From Euzebyaceae bacterium (GTDB taxonomy: Bacteria; Actinomycetota; Nitriliruptoria; Euzebyales; Egibacteraceae), in assembly GCA_013812395.1 (NCBI GenBank), contig JACCTL010000061.1, positions 1 to 45,714 of the forward strand: a stretch of DNA of 45,714 nucleotides, read 5' to 3'. Below, in pieces: positions 35,332 to 44,167 of the stretch. Below the pieces are notes generated by a model, which ran no database searches, was not told the origin of the DNA, and worked only from the letters and a program-made list of their open reading frames with translations. Each line of letters starts with the position of its first letter. Positions within the stretch are counted from its first letter, which is position 1. The position numbers and the translations under genes were made by a program.

Positions 35332-36489
35332 TCAAGTATGAGAGGGCAAGGACCGCGCCAGATCCAGCCCCAGGTCCACGAGGAAGCGGGCGTAGTGCGC
35401 TCTGCGTGCAAACAGCCGGCGCAGCTCGGGGGTGTCGACGCCGGCGAGCAGCTCGGTCGGCAGGCTCGTGAGGCCCGAGCGGATCAGCAGTGCACCCAGA
35501 TAGCCGAGCCGCACTCGGTCCTCATCGATGGCGCAGTTCTCGTCACGCAAACCCGCGACGTACTCGGGAAAGATGGCGTCGTGAACCGACGCCAGCGCCG
35601 CTGGATCCAGGTCGCCACTCTCCGCGCGTCCGGCCAGCAGTTGCCCCAAGTCGAAGCCGATGGCGCACACGCCCACGAACGTCCAGTCGATCGCCACCAA
35701 CGTGTCCGGCTCACCCGTCGCGGTGAGCAGGTTCTGCGGGCAGGCGTCGCCGTGCACCAAAGTCCGCGGAAGCTCGTCGAGCCGGTCAAGCAACGGCGGG
35801 ACGGCCTCGGCCAGCGCGGGGAGGTCGTCATGCAGCCGGTCGTCGACCGCCTCGCGCAGCAGCGGATGGTTCCACGTCGCCGGATCGCGCAGCGCGGGAA
35901 GTACAGCGTGTGTGACCCGGCCGAAGAAGTACTCGCGCAGGTCCTTGCGTTCGGCCAGCACGTCGGCCGGCAGGCGCCGTTCGGGAAGCCGGCCAGCCAT
36001 GCGGCCGAGCAGCCGCGCGGCACGCCGGTAGCGGTCGAGATCCCAGTCCGCTTCGAGGAGCGGGACGTCTTCCATCCAGATCGACATGTGCGTGTCATCA
36101 AGGTCGATCACCCGGTGGATGGCCGGCATCCGCAATCCCGCCGGCAGATGGCGGGCCAGCGAAGACCGGTACACCCGCCCCTCGGCGCGCCAGGGGAACT
36201 GGGCGAGCGCTTGTGCATGGAACTCGGCGGGGATTTGCGCGAACGCGGGGGAGTGGATGGCCGACTGAAGGGTCTTGACGAACAATGACCAGTGCGTGGA
36301 GCCGCGGTCGTCTGCGAGTTGGCCCCCCACCCGCATCAGGCTGGCCGTCATCAGGTTGGTGACGGGCTCGGAACAAGCCTCGACTGCCACGTCAGTTACC
36401 GTCGCGTTCGGTCGGTCTAAGGCCGCCCGCACGAGCGCGGCAACGTCCTCAGACTCTAGGGCCGGCAGCGCGTTTCCCGCAGTGCTCAT
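35332..36489 (-). CDS. APH-fold phosphotransferase
   Basis: It has HGDACPQNLL and AIDWTF. The start is ATG 36489, or TTG 36513. Confidence 0.75.
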   Translation of the reverse strand: MSTAGNALPALESEDVAALVRAALDRPNATVTDVAVEACSEPVTNLMTASLMRVGGQLADDRGSTHWSLFVKTLQSAIHSPAFAQIPAEFHAQALAQFPWRAEGRVYRSSLARHLPAGLRMPAIHRVIDLDDTHMSIWMEDVPLLEADWDLDRYRRAARLLGRMAGRLPERRLPADVLAERKDLREYFFGRVTHAVLPALRDPATWNHPLLREAVDDRLHDDLPALAEAVPPLLDRLDELPRTLVHGDACPQNLLTATGEPDTLVAIDWTFVGVCAIGFDLGQLLAGRAESGDLDPAALASVHDAIFPEYVAGLRDENCAIDEDRVRLGYLGALLIRSGLTSLPTELLAGVDTPELRRLFARRAHYARFLVDLGLDLARSLPSHT

Positions 36490-36548
36490 GGTTGTTCCGG
36501 ATGAGATAGTCAATGTTGCTTACTATGCGGCGATGGTAAGGTAGCTTG

Positions 36549-37019
36549 ATGAATGAAGTCAAGTCTCTTGACGAGATTCTCGATCGCCCTCGGCACATCG
36601 CCTACCTGCTGGACATGGCCCACCGCCGGATGAGAGATGATCTCACCCGGCTGGTCGATGCTCGCGCCTTTCCCGAGCTGCGCGGCTCGCACCTGCGCCT
36701 GCTGAGTCTCATCCCGAGCGCAGGGGCCCGGCCCACCGAGCTGGCGGAGACCGTGCAGGTCACCAAGCAGGCACTCGGCCAACTGGTGCAGTACCTGGCC
36801 GAGCACGGCTACGTCGAGCTCGCCGACGACCCCACCGACGGCCGTGCGGTCGTGGTCCGCCGGACCGAGCGCGGGCGCGACGCCGCCCTGGTCGCCGCGC
36901 GGGGGATCCGGGCCCTCGAGCAGGCGTGGGCGACAGAGGTGGGCGGGGACCGTTTCGAGGTGCTGCAAGAAGCCCTTGCCGCCTTGGTGGAGGGCGGCGA
37001 CCAGCCCGGGGCCGCCTGA
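36549..37019 (+). CDS. MarR family transcriptional regulator
   Basis: It has the winged-helix segment RPTELAETVQVTKQALGQLVQYLAEHGYVEL...DGRAVVV. It is divergent from the APH-like gene across an AT-richer gap of about 60 bp that contains ATAGT-N11-ACTAT (36506-36526). Confidence 0.85.
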   Translation: MNEVKSLDEILDRPRHIAYLLDMAHRRMRDDLTRLVDARAFPELRGSHLRLLSLIPSAGARPTELAETVQVTKQALGQLVQYLAEHGYVELADDPTDGRAVVVRRTERGRDAALVAARGIRALEQAWATEVGGDRFEVLQEALAALVEGGDQPGAA

Positions 37020-37034
37020 GTTCGCCTGACCGGG

Positions 37035-37814
37035 TCAGCCGGTGGCGGCGAGGATGACCTTCACAGTGGCTTGCGGACAGTCCCAGTGCGGAAAGTGGCC
37101 GCTATCGAACCACTCCAGGCGCGCGTCGGGAAACAGCTCGGTGGCGCGTTGGGCTTGACGGGGAAGGGTCAGCCGGTCCTTGCGCCCCCAGCCGATCACG
37201 ACTCGGCCGGGCGTGGATCCCGCTGGCGCGCCCTGTTGCGGGGCCCCGTAGACCAAGTCGTGCTGCACCGCGTCGAAGGAAGGCGATTGCGCAAAGCTGC
37301 GCAGCTCCTGCAGCGCGAGGTCAGCGTCCACTGCCCAGGGACGTGCCGACAGCTGCGCCAGCAGCACGGTGCGGGTGACAGCGTTCGCCGCGAGCAGCGG
37401 CATCACCGGTTGCAGCAGGCGCACCAGTCGGATCGACAGGCCAAGGGTGATGCGGAAGAACTGCAACTCGGCGGGACTCCAGAATCCGCCTGGGTCCAGC
37501 GCCACCGCCGTGCCGCCCACACCGCGCCGGGCAAGCTCCAGCACGAGTCGTGCACCCATGGAGCTGCCGACGAGGTCGACGCCCGACAACTCGTGGTCAT
37601 CGATGAAGCCGGCGACGGCCTCGGCCAGCGTGGCGATCGTCACCGGGCCATTCAGCGGTGGCGTCTGACCGAAGCCCGGCAGGTCGACGGCGATGACCTC
37701 GCGTTGGGCGGTCAGCCCCTGCAGGATCGGGTCCCAGGTCTGCCATCGCGAGCCGAGGCCGTGCACCAGCAGGAGTGGCTGACCTTCGCCGAGATGGACG
37801 TGATGAAGTTCCAT
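37035..37814 (-). CDS. alpha/beta hydrolase
   Basis: It has the HGLGS oxyanion region and the nucleophile elbow GSSMGA. Confidence 0.85.
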   Translation of the reverse strand: MELHHVHLGEGQPLLLVHGLGSRWQTWDPILQGLTAQREVIAVDLPGFGQTPPLNGPVTIATLAEAVAGFIDDHELSGVDLVGSSMGARLVLELARRGVGGTAVALDPGGFWSPAELQFFRITLGLSIRLVRLLQPVMPLLAANAVTRTVLLAQLSARPWAVDADLALQELRSFAQSPSFDAVQHDLVYGAPQQGAPAGSTPGRVVIGWGRKDRLTLPRQAQRATELFPDARLEWFDSGHFPHWDCPQATVKVILAATG

Positions 37815-37969
37815 GGTCGGCGTCTACCCGATGACCGCACCCCGTGCACCGCCAGATAGAAGGGTTGGTCACGATAGTGTGACTGCCATGGTGGTTGCGC
37901 GGCCGGCTGCGGCGGCCACAGCGGGTGGCAGCGCAGTTGGGCAGGATGGTGCTGGACAAAGGAGGCGCC

Positions 37970-39295
37970 GTGGTCGGCAGCCGTCGAGCGGGTCAGTGGT
38001 GGGTGCGGGTAGCCGTCGCCGCGGCGTTGTTGTTGCTGCCGGGCGCAGCGCCGGCTTCGGCGCAGGCTGGCCCGATCATCGAACGCGCCGCCGAAGGGCT
38101 GCGCCAGAGTCCGGTCTACGTCGACCCCGCCGCCGCGTCGGCGCTGTCAGACCAGGACGCGGAACGGATCGCCGAGCAACTTCGCTCCGCCGACGCCGGC
38201 CCGGTCTACATCGCCGTGCTGCCGGCCGAGGCGGTCGACGAGGCCGGCGGCGACCCCGACCAGGTGCTGCTGCTGCTGGGCGAGTCGGTCGGGCGAGCGG
38301 GGACCTACGCGGTCGTAGTGGGTAACCAGCTGCGCGCGGGGACGACCGAGGCCGGTACGCCGTTCGCCACAGGCGCGGTTCCCGCGGCGGCCACCGACGC
38401 GGCTTCTGAAGCCAGCGGCGAGGGCACGGCGGCGGTACTCGACGCCTTCGTCGGCCGCCTGGCTTCGGCCGCGGCTGCCGACGCCGGCGGCGAGGCACCG
38501 GCAACCGGTGGTGGCTTCTCGCTGCTGCTGCCGTTGCTGCTCCTCGGCGGGGGAGGGCTGGTGCTGGTGCGGCGGCAGCGGCGCCGGCGCAACGAGGCCG
38601 AGCAACTGGCCGAGGTGCACGAGGTCGCGCAGGAGGACGCCACCTCGCTGGCCAATGACCTGTACGACCTGGACGCCGCCCTGACAATGCCCCACGCCAA
38701 TCCCGATGCCCGCAGTGACCACGCGCAGGGGCTGGCCTCATACCAGCGCGCCAGCGGGCTGCTGGAACGCGCGAAGCGTCCCTCGGACTTGGCCGCGGTC
38801 ACCGAAGCCCTGGAGGAAGGCCGATTCGCGCTCGCCTGCGCGCAGGCGCGCCTGGCCGGCCAGCCACTGCCCGAGCGGCGTCCTCCCTGCTTCTTCGACC
38901 CGGCGCACGGGCCGTCGGTGCGTGACGTCGAATGGACGCCGGCGGCTGGGGCGCCGCGATCCGTGCCCGCCTGTCAGGCAGACGCCGTGCGAGTCGAGCG
39001 GGGCGAGGAACCGCTGGCACGTCAGGTGACCGTCGGTGGGCGCTCGCGCCCGTACTGGGACACCCCGGCCTACTACGGCCCGTGGGCCGGTGGCTGGTAC
39101 GGCGGTTTCGGCGGCGGGACCTTTTTCAACGGCATGCTCATCGGCACCATGCTGGGCGGCGGCTGGGGCGGCGGCTGGGGCTACGGCGGTGGTGACTACG
39201 GCGGCAGCGACTCCGGCGGCGGTGACTTTGGCGGCAGCGACTTCGGTGGGGGAGACTTTGGCGGCGGCGGGGACTTCGGCGGCGGGGACTTCTGA
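37970..39295 (+). CDS. bitopic membrane protein: signal peptide, TPM-like ectodomain, TM helix, Cys-containing cytoplasmic domain, Gly/Asp/Phe-rich tail
   Basis: GTG 37970 lies 4 nt after AAAGGAGG. The signal peptide reads AAALLLLPGAAPASAQA. The TM helix is FSLLLPLLLLGGGGLVLV, followed by RRQRRRR. Further motifs are PPCFFDPAHGPS and a tail of GGDFGG repeats. Confidence 0.65.
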   Translation: MVGSRRAGQWWVRVAVAAALLLLPGAAPASAQAGPIIERAAEGLRQSPVYVDPAAASALSDQDAERIAEQLRSADAGPVYIAVLPAEAVDEAGGDPDQVLLLLGESVGRAGTYAVVVGNQLRAGTTEAGTPFATGAVPAAATDAASEASGEGTAAVLDAFVGRLASAAAADAGGEAPATGGGFSLLLPLLLLGGGGLVLVRRQRRRRNEAEQLAEVHEVAQEDATSLANDLYDLDAALTMPHANPDARSDHAQGLASYQRASGLLERAKRPSDLAAVTEALEEGRFALACAQARLAGQPLPERRPPCFFDPAHGPSVRDVEWTPAAGAPRSVPACQADAVRVERGEEPLARQVTVGGRSRPYWDTPAYYGPWAGGWYGGFGGGTFFNGMLIGTMLGGGWGGGWGYGGGDYGGSDSGGGDFGGSDFGGGDFGGGGDFGGGDF

Positions 39296-39296
39296 C

Positions 39297-40391
39297 ATGG
39301 CGACCCAGCGAGCCCCCAGCGAGGCCAAGCCCATCGTCGCGGCTCCGCCGCGCCCTGCCGGCTCTGGCATCGTCGACTGTGCGCTGTACGAGAACGGCCA
39401 CCGTCGCGCCGGCGCGGTACCGCTGGGATCCGCGCTGGAGACCGCCCACGCCGCCAGTCGCCGGTCGACACAACGAACGACGGGCAAAACCGACCCCACT
39501 GCCACCCGTGACAGCTTCGTCTGGATCGGCCTGCACGAGCCGACGGCAGCGCAGTTCGAGACCGTCGCCCAGCAGTTCGCCCTGCACCCGCTCGCGGTGG
39601 AGGATGCCGTCCACGCACATCAACGGCCCAAGCTGGAGACCTACGGGGACACCGTCTTCGTCGTCCTCAAGACCGTGCGGTACGTGGATCCGACCGAGGT
39701 CATCGAGGTCGGCGAGATCATGCTGTTCCTCGGCCCCGACTTCGTGGTCACCATCCGGCATGGCGCCGGCAGTGCGCTCGGCGATGTGCGACGAGACCTG
39801 GAGGCACGGCCCGACCTGCTGCGGGCCGGACCCAGCGCCGTGCTGTACGCCGTGGCTGACAGGATCGTGGACGACTACAAAATCGCCGAGGACGGCGTCG
39901 CGGTCGACATCGAGGAGATCGAAGAGCAGGTGTTCTCCGGAGACAGTGACAATCACGCCGAGCGGATCTACAAGCTCAAGCGCGAGATCCTGGCTTTCCA
40001 AAGGGCCGTCACACCCTTGAGCGGCCCGCTGGAGCGCCTCGCGCGCGGCCAAGTCGCGTCTCTTGAACCCAGCACCGCGCCGTATTTCCGTGACGTGCAC
40101 GACCACCTACTACGCACCGCGGAGCACGTCGACGGCTTCAGCGAGCTGCTCAACAGCGTCCTGGACGCGAACGTCGCCGGGGTCACGATGCGTCAGAACG
40201 AGGACATGCGCAAGATCACGGCTTGGGTCGCGATCTTGGCCTGGATCACCATGATCGCGGGGATCTACGGCATGAACTTCGACTACATGCCCGAGCTGCA
40301 CTGGGTGATCGGCTACCCATTGGCCCTGTCCATCATGGCGTTGGGCGCCGTGGTGCTGTACCGGGCGTTCCGCAGGAACCGCTGGCTGTAG
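39297..40391 (+). CDS. corA: magnesium/cobalt transporter CorA
   Basis: ATG 39297 lies 1 nt after the upstream stop. It has the YGMNF signature and two C-terminal TM helices. Confidence 0.9.
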   Translation: MATQRAPSEAKPIVAAPPRPAGSGIVDCALYENGHRRAGAVPLGSALETAHAASRRSTQRTTGKTDPTATRDSFVWIGLHEPTAAQFETVAQQFALHPLAVEDAVHAHQRPKLETYGDTVFVVLKTVRYVDPTEVIEVGEIMLFLGPDFVVTIRHGAGSALGDVRRDLEARPDLLRAGPSAVLYAVADRIVDDYKIAEDGVAVDIEEIEEQVFSGDSDNHAERIYKLKREILAFQRAVTPLSGPLERLARGQVASLEPSTAPYFRDVHDHLLRTAEHVDGFSELLNSVLDANVAGVTMRQNEDMRKITAWVAILAWITMIAGIYGMNFDYMPELHWVIGYPLALSIMALGAVVLYRAFRRNRWL

Positions 40392-40394
40392 GCG

Positions 40395-42284
40395 ATGACA
40401 CGAGACGATGGCGATGAGCACCGCGGCAAGGCAGCCCTGGCGACGGCGGCGCTCGGGGCGCTGGGCATCGTCTACGGTGACATCGGCACCAGCCCGTTGT
40501 ATGCCATGCGCGAGACGTTCCGCGGCCATGGTCACAGCGTTGTGGTGGCTCCGGGCAACGTCCTCGGTGTGCTCTCGCTGATCTTCTGGTCGCTGGTGAT
40601 CGTCATCAGCATCAAGTACCTGGTCTTCGTGATGCGCGCCGACAACGACGGCGAGGGCGGCATCCTGGCGCTGACCTCCCTCATCCGTCCCCGGGGCGGC
40701 GGCCACTGGACGCTCATTCTACTTGGCCTGTTCGGCACCGCGTTGCTGTACGGCGACGGGATGATCACCCCCGCCATCTCGGTGCTGGCCGCGGTCGAGG
40801 GCACCGAGATCGCCTCGCCGGCGCTCGCCGACTTCGTGGTCCCCGCAGCGGTCGTGATCATCGTCGCGCTCTTCGCCCTCCAGAGTCGCGGCACTGCCAC
40901 CATCGGCAAGCTGTTCGGGCCGATCATGCTGGCGTGGTTCGCGGTGCTGGCCGTTCTCGGCATCGGCCAGATCGTTGCCGAACCCAGCGTCCTGCGTGCC
41001 GTCAACCCGCTGTACGGGCTGCGGTTCTTCCTGCAGAACGGATTTCAGGGCTTCCTCGCCCTCGGCTCGGTGTTCCTGGTGGTGACCGGCGGCGAGGCGC
41101 TCTACGCGGACATGGGCCACTTCGGCAAGCGGCCCATCCAGGTCGGCTGGTACGCGTTCGCGCTACCAGCGCTGCTGCTGAACTACTTCGGCCAAGGCGG
41201 GCTCCTGCTCGGCGATCCCGCCGCGATCGAGTCCCCCTTCTACCGGCTCGCCCCCGACTGGGGCGTGCTGCCCCTGGTGCTGCTGGCCACGGCCGCGACG
41301 GTGATCGCGTCGCAGGCGCTGATCTCGGGCGTCTTCTCGCTCACCATGCAGGCCATACAGATGGGCTACGCACCGCGGATGCGGATTGTCCACACCTCGG
41401 CCCGTGCCATCGGCCAGATCTACCTCCCGGCCGTCAACTGGGGACTGATGTTGGCCTGTGTCGCCCTCGTGATCAGCTTCGGTTCCTCGACCGCGCTGGC
41501 TGCGGCATACGGCGTCGCGGTCACATCGACCATGGTGATCACCACGTTGCTGTTCTATGTGGTCGCGCGCGAGCGCTTCGGCTGGGCACGGGTGCCCGCG
41601 GTGGCCCTGTGCATCGCGTTCGGCGTCGTCGATGTGGCGTTCCTCGGCGCGAACCTGTTCAAGGTCCCCGCCGGCGGCTGGTTCCCGCTGGCCGTTGCCG
41701 CTGGCGTCTTCACGCTGATGACGACCTGGAGGACGGGACGCGGCCTGGTCGGTGAGCGGGTCAGTGGCGGCCGAGTCCCTCTCGATACCTTCGTCGAGAA
41801 CCTCGCCACGGACGCCGCATCGCCCCAACGGGTGCCCGGGACCGCCGTCTACCTGTTCTCCCACCCAGGGATGACGCCGCCGGCGCTGATGGCCAACGTC
41901 CGGCACAACAACGCCATGCACGACCAGGTCGTCGTGCTGTCCATCGTCACCGGCGAGACACCGAAGGTCTCCCCGGAAAGCCGGGCGGAGTTGCGTGATC
42001 TCGGCGCCGGCGTCCACCAGCTGTGCCTCCATTACGGGTTCATGGAGACCCCCGACGTGCCGGGCGCGCTGCGCCAGGAGGCGAGCAACGGCCTGCCCGT
42101 CGAGGTGCGGGACGCGGCCTTCATCCTCGGGGCCGAGTGGTTGGCCGTCACCGACCGACCGGGCATGGCGCAGTGGCGCGAGCGCCTGTTCGCCGTCATG
42201 AGCCGGAATGCCACCCCGGCGGGCCGCTACTTCGGTCTGCCGCAGGATCGCACGGTCATCCTGGCCCAGCGCGTCGACCTGTAG
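40395..42284 (+). CDS. kup: KUP/HAK/KT potassium transporter
   Basis: It has GIVYGDIGTSPLY near the N-terminus and is about 630 aa and polytopic. The start lies 3 nt after the corA stop. Confidence 0.9.
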   Translation: MTRDDGDEHRGKAALATAALGALGIVYGDIGTSPLYAMRETFRGHGHSVVVAPGNVLGVLSLIFWSLVIVISIKYLVFVMRADNDGEGGILALTSLIRPRGGGHWTLILLGLFGTALLYGDGMITPAISVLAAVEGTEIASPALADFVVPAAVVIIVALFALQSRGTATIGKLFGPIMLAWFAVLAVLGIGQIVAEPSVLRAVNPLYGLRFFLQNGFQGFLALGSVFLVVTGGEALYADMGHFGKRPIQVGWYAFALPALLLNYFGQGGLLLGDPAAIESPFYRLAPDWGVLPLVLLATAATVIASQALISGVFSLTMQAIQMGYAPRMRIVHTSARAIGQIYLPAVNWGLMLACVALVISFGSSTALAAAYGVAVTSTMVITTLLFYVVARERFGWARVPAVALCIAFGVVDVAFLGANLFKVPAGGWFPLAVAAGVFTLMTTWRTGRGLVGERVSGGRVPLDTFVENLATDAASPQRVPGTAVYLFSHPGMTPPALMANVRHNNAMHDQVVVLSIVTGETPKVSPESRAELRDLGAGVHQLCLHYGFMETPDVPGALRQEASNGLPVEVRDAAFILGAEWLAVTDRPGMAQWRERLFAVMSRNATPAGRYFGLPQDRTVILAQRVDL

Positions 42285-42337
42285 ACCGCGTTCGTCCACG
42301 GCTGCGGAGAGGGGCGGATGAGCGATGACCGGTGACG

Positions 42338-43951
42338 TCAGCGACGCGACCAGTGCCGCGGTGTCACCGAGGTGTCGACGAGCTCGAAGCTGGTCGCGTA
42401 CGGCTTGAAGTCGACGTGCCGGTTGACGGCGTACAGCACCTGGGGAGCGCAGACGAACAGTGCGAGCGCCTCCTGGGTGACGTAGCGGTCGATGCGGTTG
42501 CAGGCGATGACCTGCTTGGCCTGGGCGGTCTGAGCGACGAGGTCGGCGTACAGCCGCTCGAACTCAGCGAGCACCGGCCCGGCGCGGAACTCACCAGTCA
42601 GCCCGACGAAGGCACGGTGCAACTCCAGCGGGGGAGTGTCGGCCGCCTGTGACCCTTGCTCGAGGAGCAGGACGTCCCAGGTCTGCGGCTCCAGCTTCTC
42701 CGCCAACTGCCGGCGCGCCTGCACCTGCTCATCGCCGCGCAGGACGATCACTTCCACGTCGAGGCCGAGACTGGTGCGTAGGTCGTCGGCCACCCGGCCG
42801 GCGGTGGCCTCGAAGTCGGCCATCGTGGCCAGCCGCAGCGCGCGCGGCGGACCGTTGACCGCCTGCCGCCACAGTTGCCGTGCCGCCGGCGGGTCGTAGG
42901 GGTACGGCTTGAGGCGGTCGGGGGCGCGGTGCGGGGCGGTCAGCGGCGTCGGAGGCGTGAGGCCAGCCAGCGGGCGGGCGTGACCGCCGAAGACGTCACG
43001 AACCAGGCCAGCGCGGTCGACGGCCAGGTTGAGCGCCTGCCGTGCCCGCCGGTCATGCAGCGGCAGGCCCTCGGCATCGCGGTTGATCACGCCGGCAAGG
43101 GCGCGCACGGGGTTCACGGCGACCAGCCGGGCGTGCTCGCCGTGCTGCACCTTTGCGGCGGCCGTCGCGGGTACCTCGGTGACGATGTCGACCTCGCCCT
43201 CGGTGGTGCAGACCAACTCCAGGGCTTCCTGGGCTGACAGGTCGTTGCGGAAGACGACCTCGCGCAGCCGGGGCCCCCGCAGCTTGTCCCAGTAGGTGGG
43301 GTTGGCTCGCAGGGTCAGCCGTGGGGTCCGGTCCTGTCGTTGCAGCCAGGTGCACGAGAACGGGTCATGGGTGACCACCGCCTGCTCGGTGTCCAGCGAC
43401 GAATAGCCCTCGGCCAGCACGAACGGTCCGGTGCCCCACGGGCCCGGCGCGTCGATCACTCACCAGTGGCCTTCGCCGCTTTCGTCCCTGGCGTAGCCGA
43501 AGCCCAGGTCCCGCCAGAAGCGCGAGCTCATGACGTGGGTCGCCCGCAGCTTGCCCAGCACCAGCCCGTCAGGCTCTGGGAGGTGGAAGCGCACCGTGTG
43601 CGGGCCGGACACCGAACAGCGGGTGCGCCGGTCGATGTTGAGATGCGTGCCCGGCGGATGCGGTGACACCCAGCGCACCTGCTCGTCGAAGGCGCGCTTG
43701 ACCGAGTCGGCGGTCACGGGTTCGCCGTCGGCAAAGCGCTCGTCGCGACGCAGGCGCACCTGCAGTGTCCGGTCGTCGATCCAGCGGTAGCGCCGCATCG
43801 CGGCCGGGCGGACCTTGCCCTGCTTGGTGACGCGGACGAGCTCTTCCACCGTGTGGTAGGTGATCCACAGCCAGTTGAGCGGGTTGGGATCGACGACCGT
43901 GACCGCGCCGGCGGTCCGGGGGTGTCCGGCCATCGCCGCCAGCATCTGCAT
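42338..43951 (-). pseudogene. signal-less family-5 (peptide/nickel type) solute-binding-like protein interrupted by a single in-frame TGA (43460-43462)
   Basis: ORFs 43460..44038 and 42338..43459 are contiguous in one frame: ...DESGEGHW-TGA-VIDAPGPWGTGPFVLAEGY.... It has ANPTYWDKLRGPRLREVVFR and EGEVDIV, typical of family 5. There is no signal peptide or lipobox. The N-terminal start is taken as ATG 43951. Confidence 0.6.
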
Positions 43952-44061
43952 CGTGCTCACGGATCGCGCCCTTCGTCTGTCATCCGGCGGTGGCCGACTG
44001 CGCGGCCACCCTGCCCAGCCGCGACCCGTCGCAGTCACCCGTTACCATGCGCTGCTGACTG

Positions 44062-44130
44062 CACCCCGGGTGCGCACCCGGGGTGGTAGGCATCCGGCAC
44101 CGAATCGGTAGGCGATCCTCACCACCTGGG
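44062..44130 (+). repeat. nested palindromic element, copy B
   Basis: A perfect 24-bp palindrome CACCCCGGGTGCGCACCCGGGGTG lies at 44062-44085 and overlaps the 5' arm of a bulged stem (44077-44090 with 44117-44130). That stem encloses ACCG-AAT-CGGT (44099-44109). By my count 44078-44110 matches 2521-2553 at 30 of 33 positions. Confidence 0.6.
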
Positions 44131-44167
44131 CCGTGGGAACGGTCGGTGGACGTCGGGGGGGTGAGGC

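Noticed and set aside
39036-39296. The long form of the corA ORF starting at 39036.
   Set aside because: The extra 87 codons overlap the Gly-rich tail of the upstream gene in another frame. ATG 39297 sits directly after that gene's stop.
40110-42299. Minus-strand ORFs 40110..40706 and 41163..42299 opposite corA and kup. The same applies to 44300..45418 opposite the SagB-type gene.
   Set aside because: They are shadow ORFs, and the sense genes carry unambiguous signatures (YGMNF, GDIGTSPLY, the nitroreductase core).
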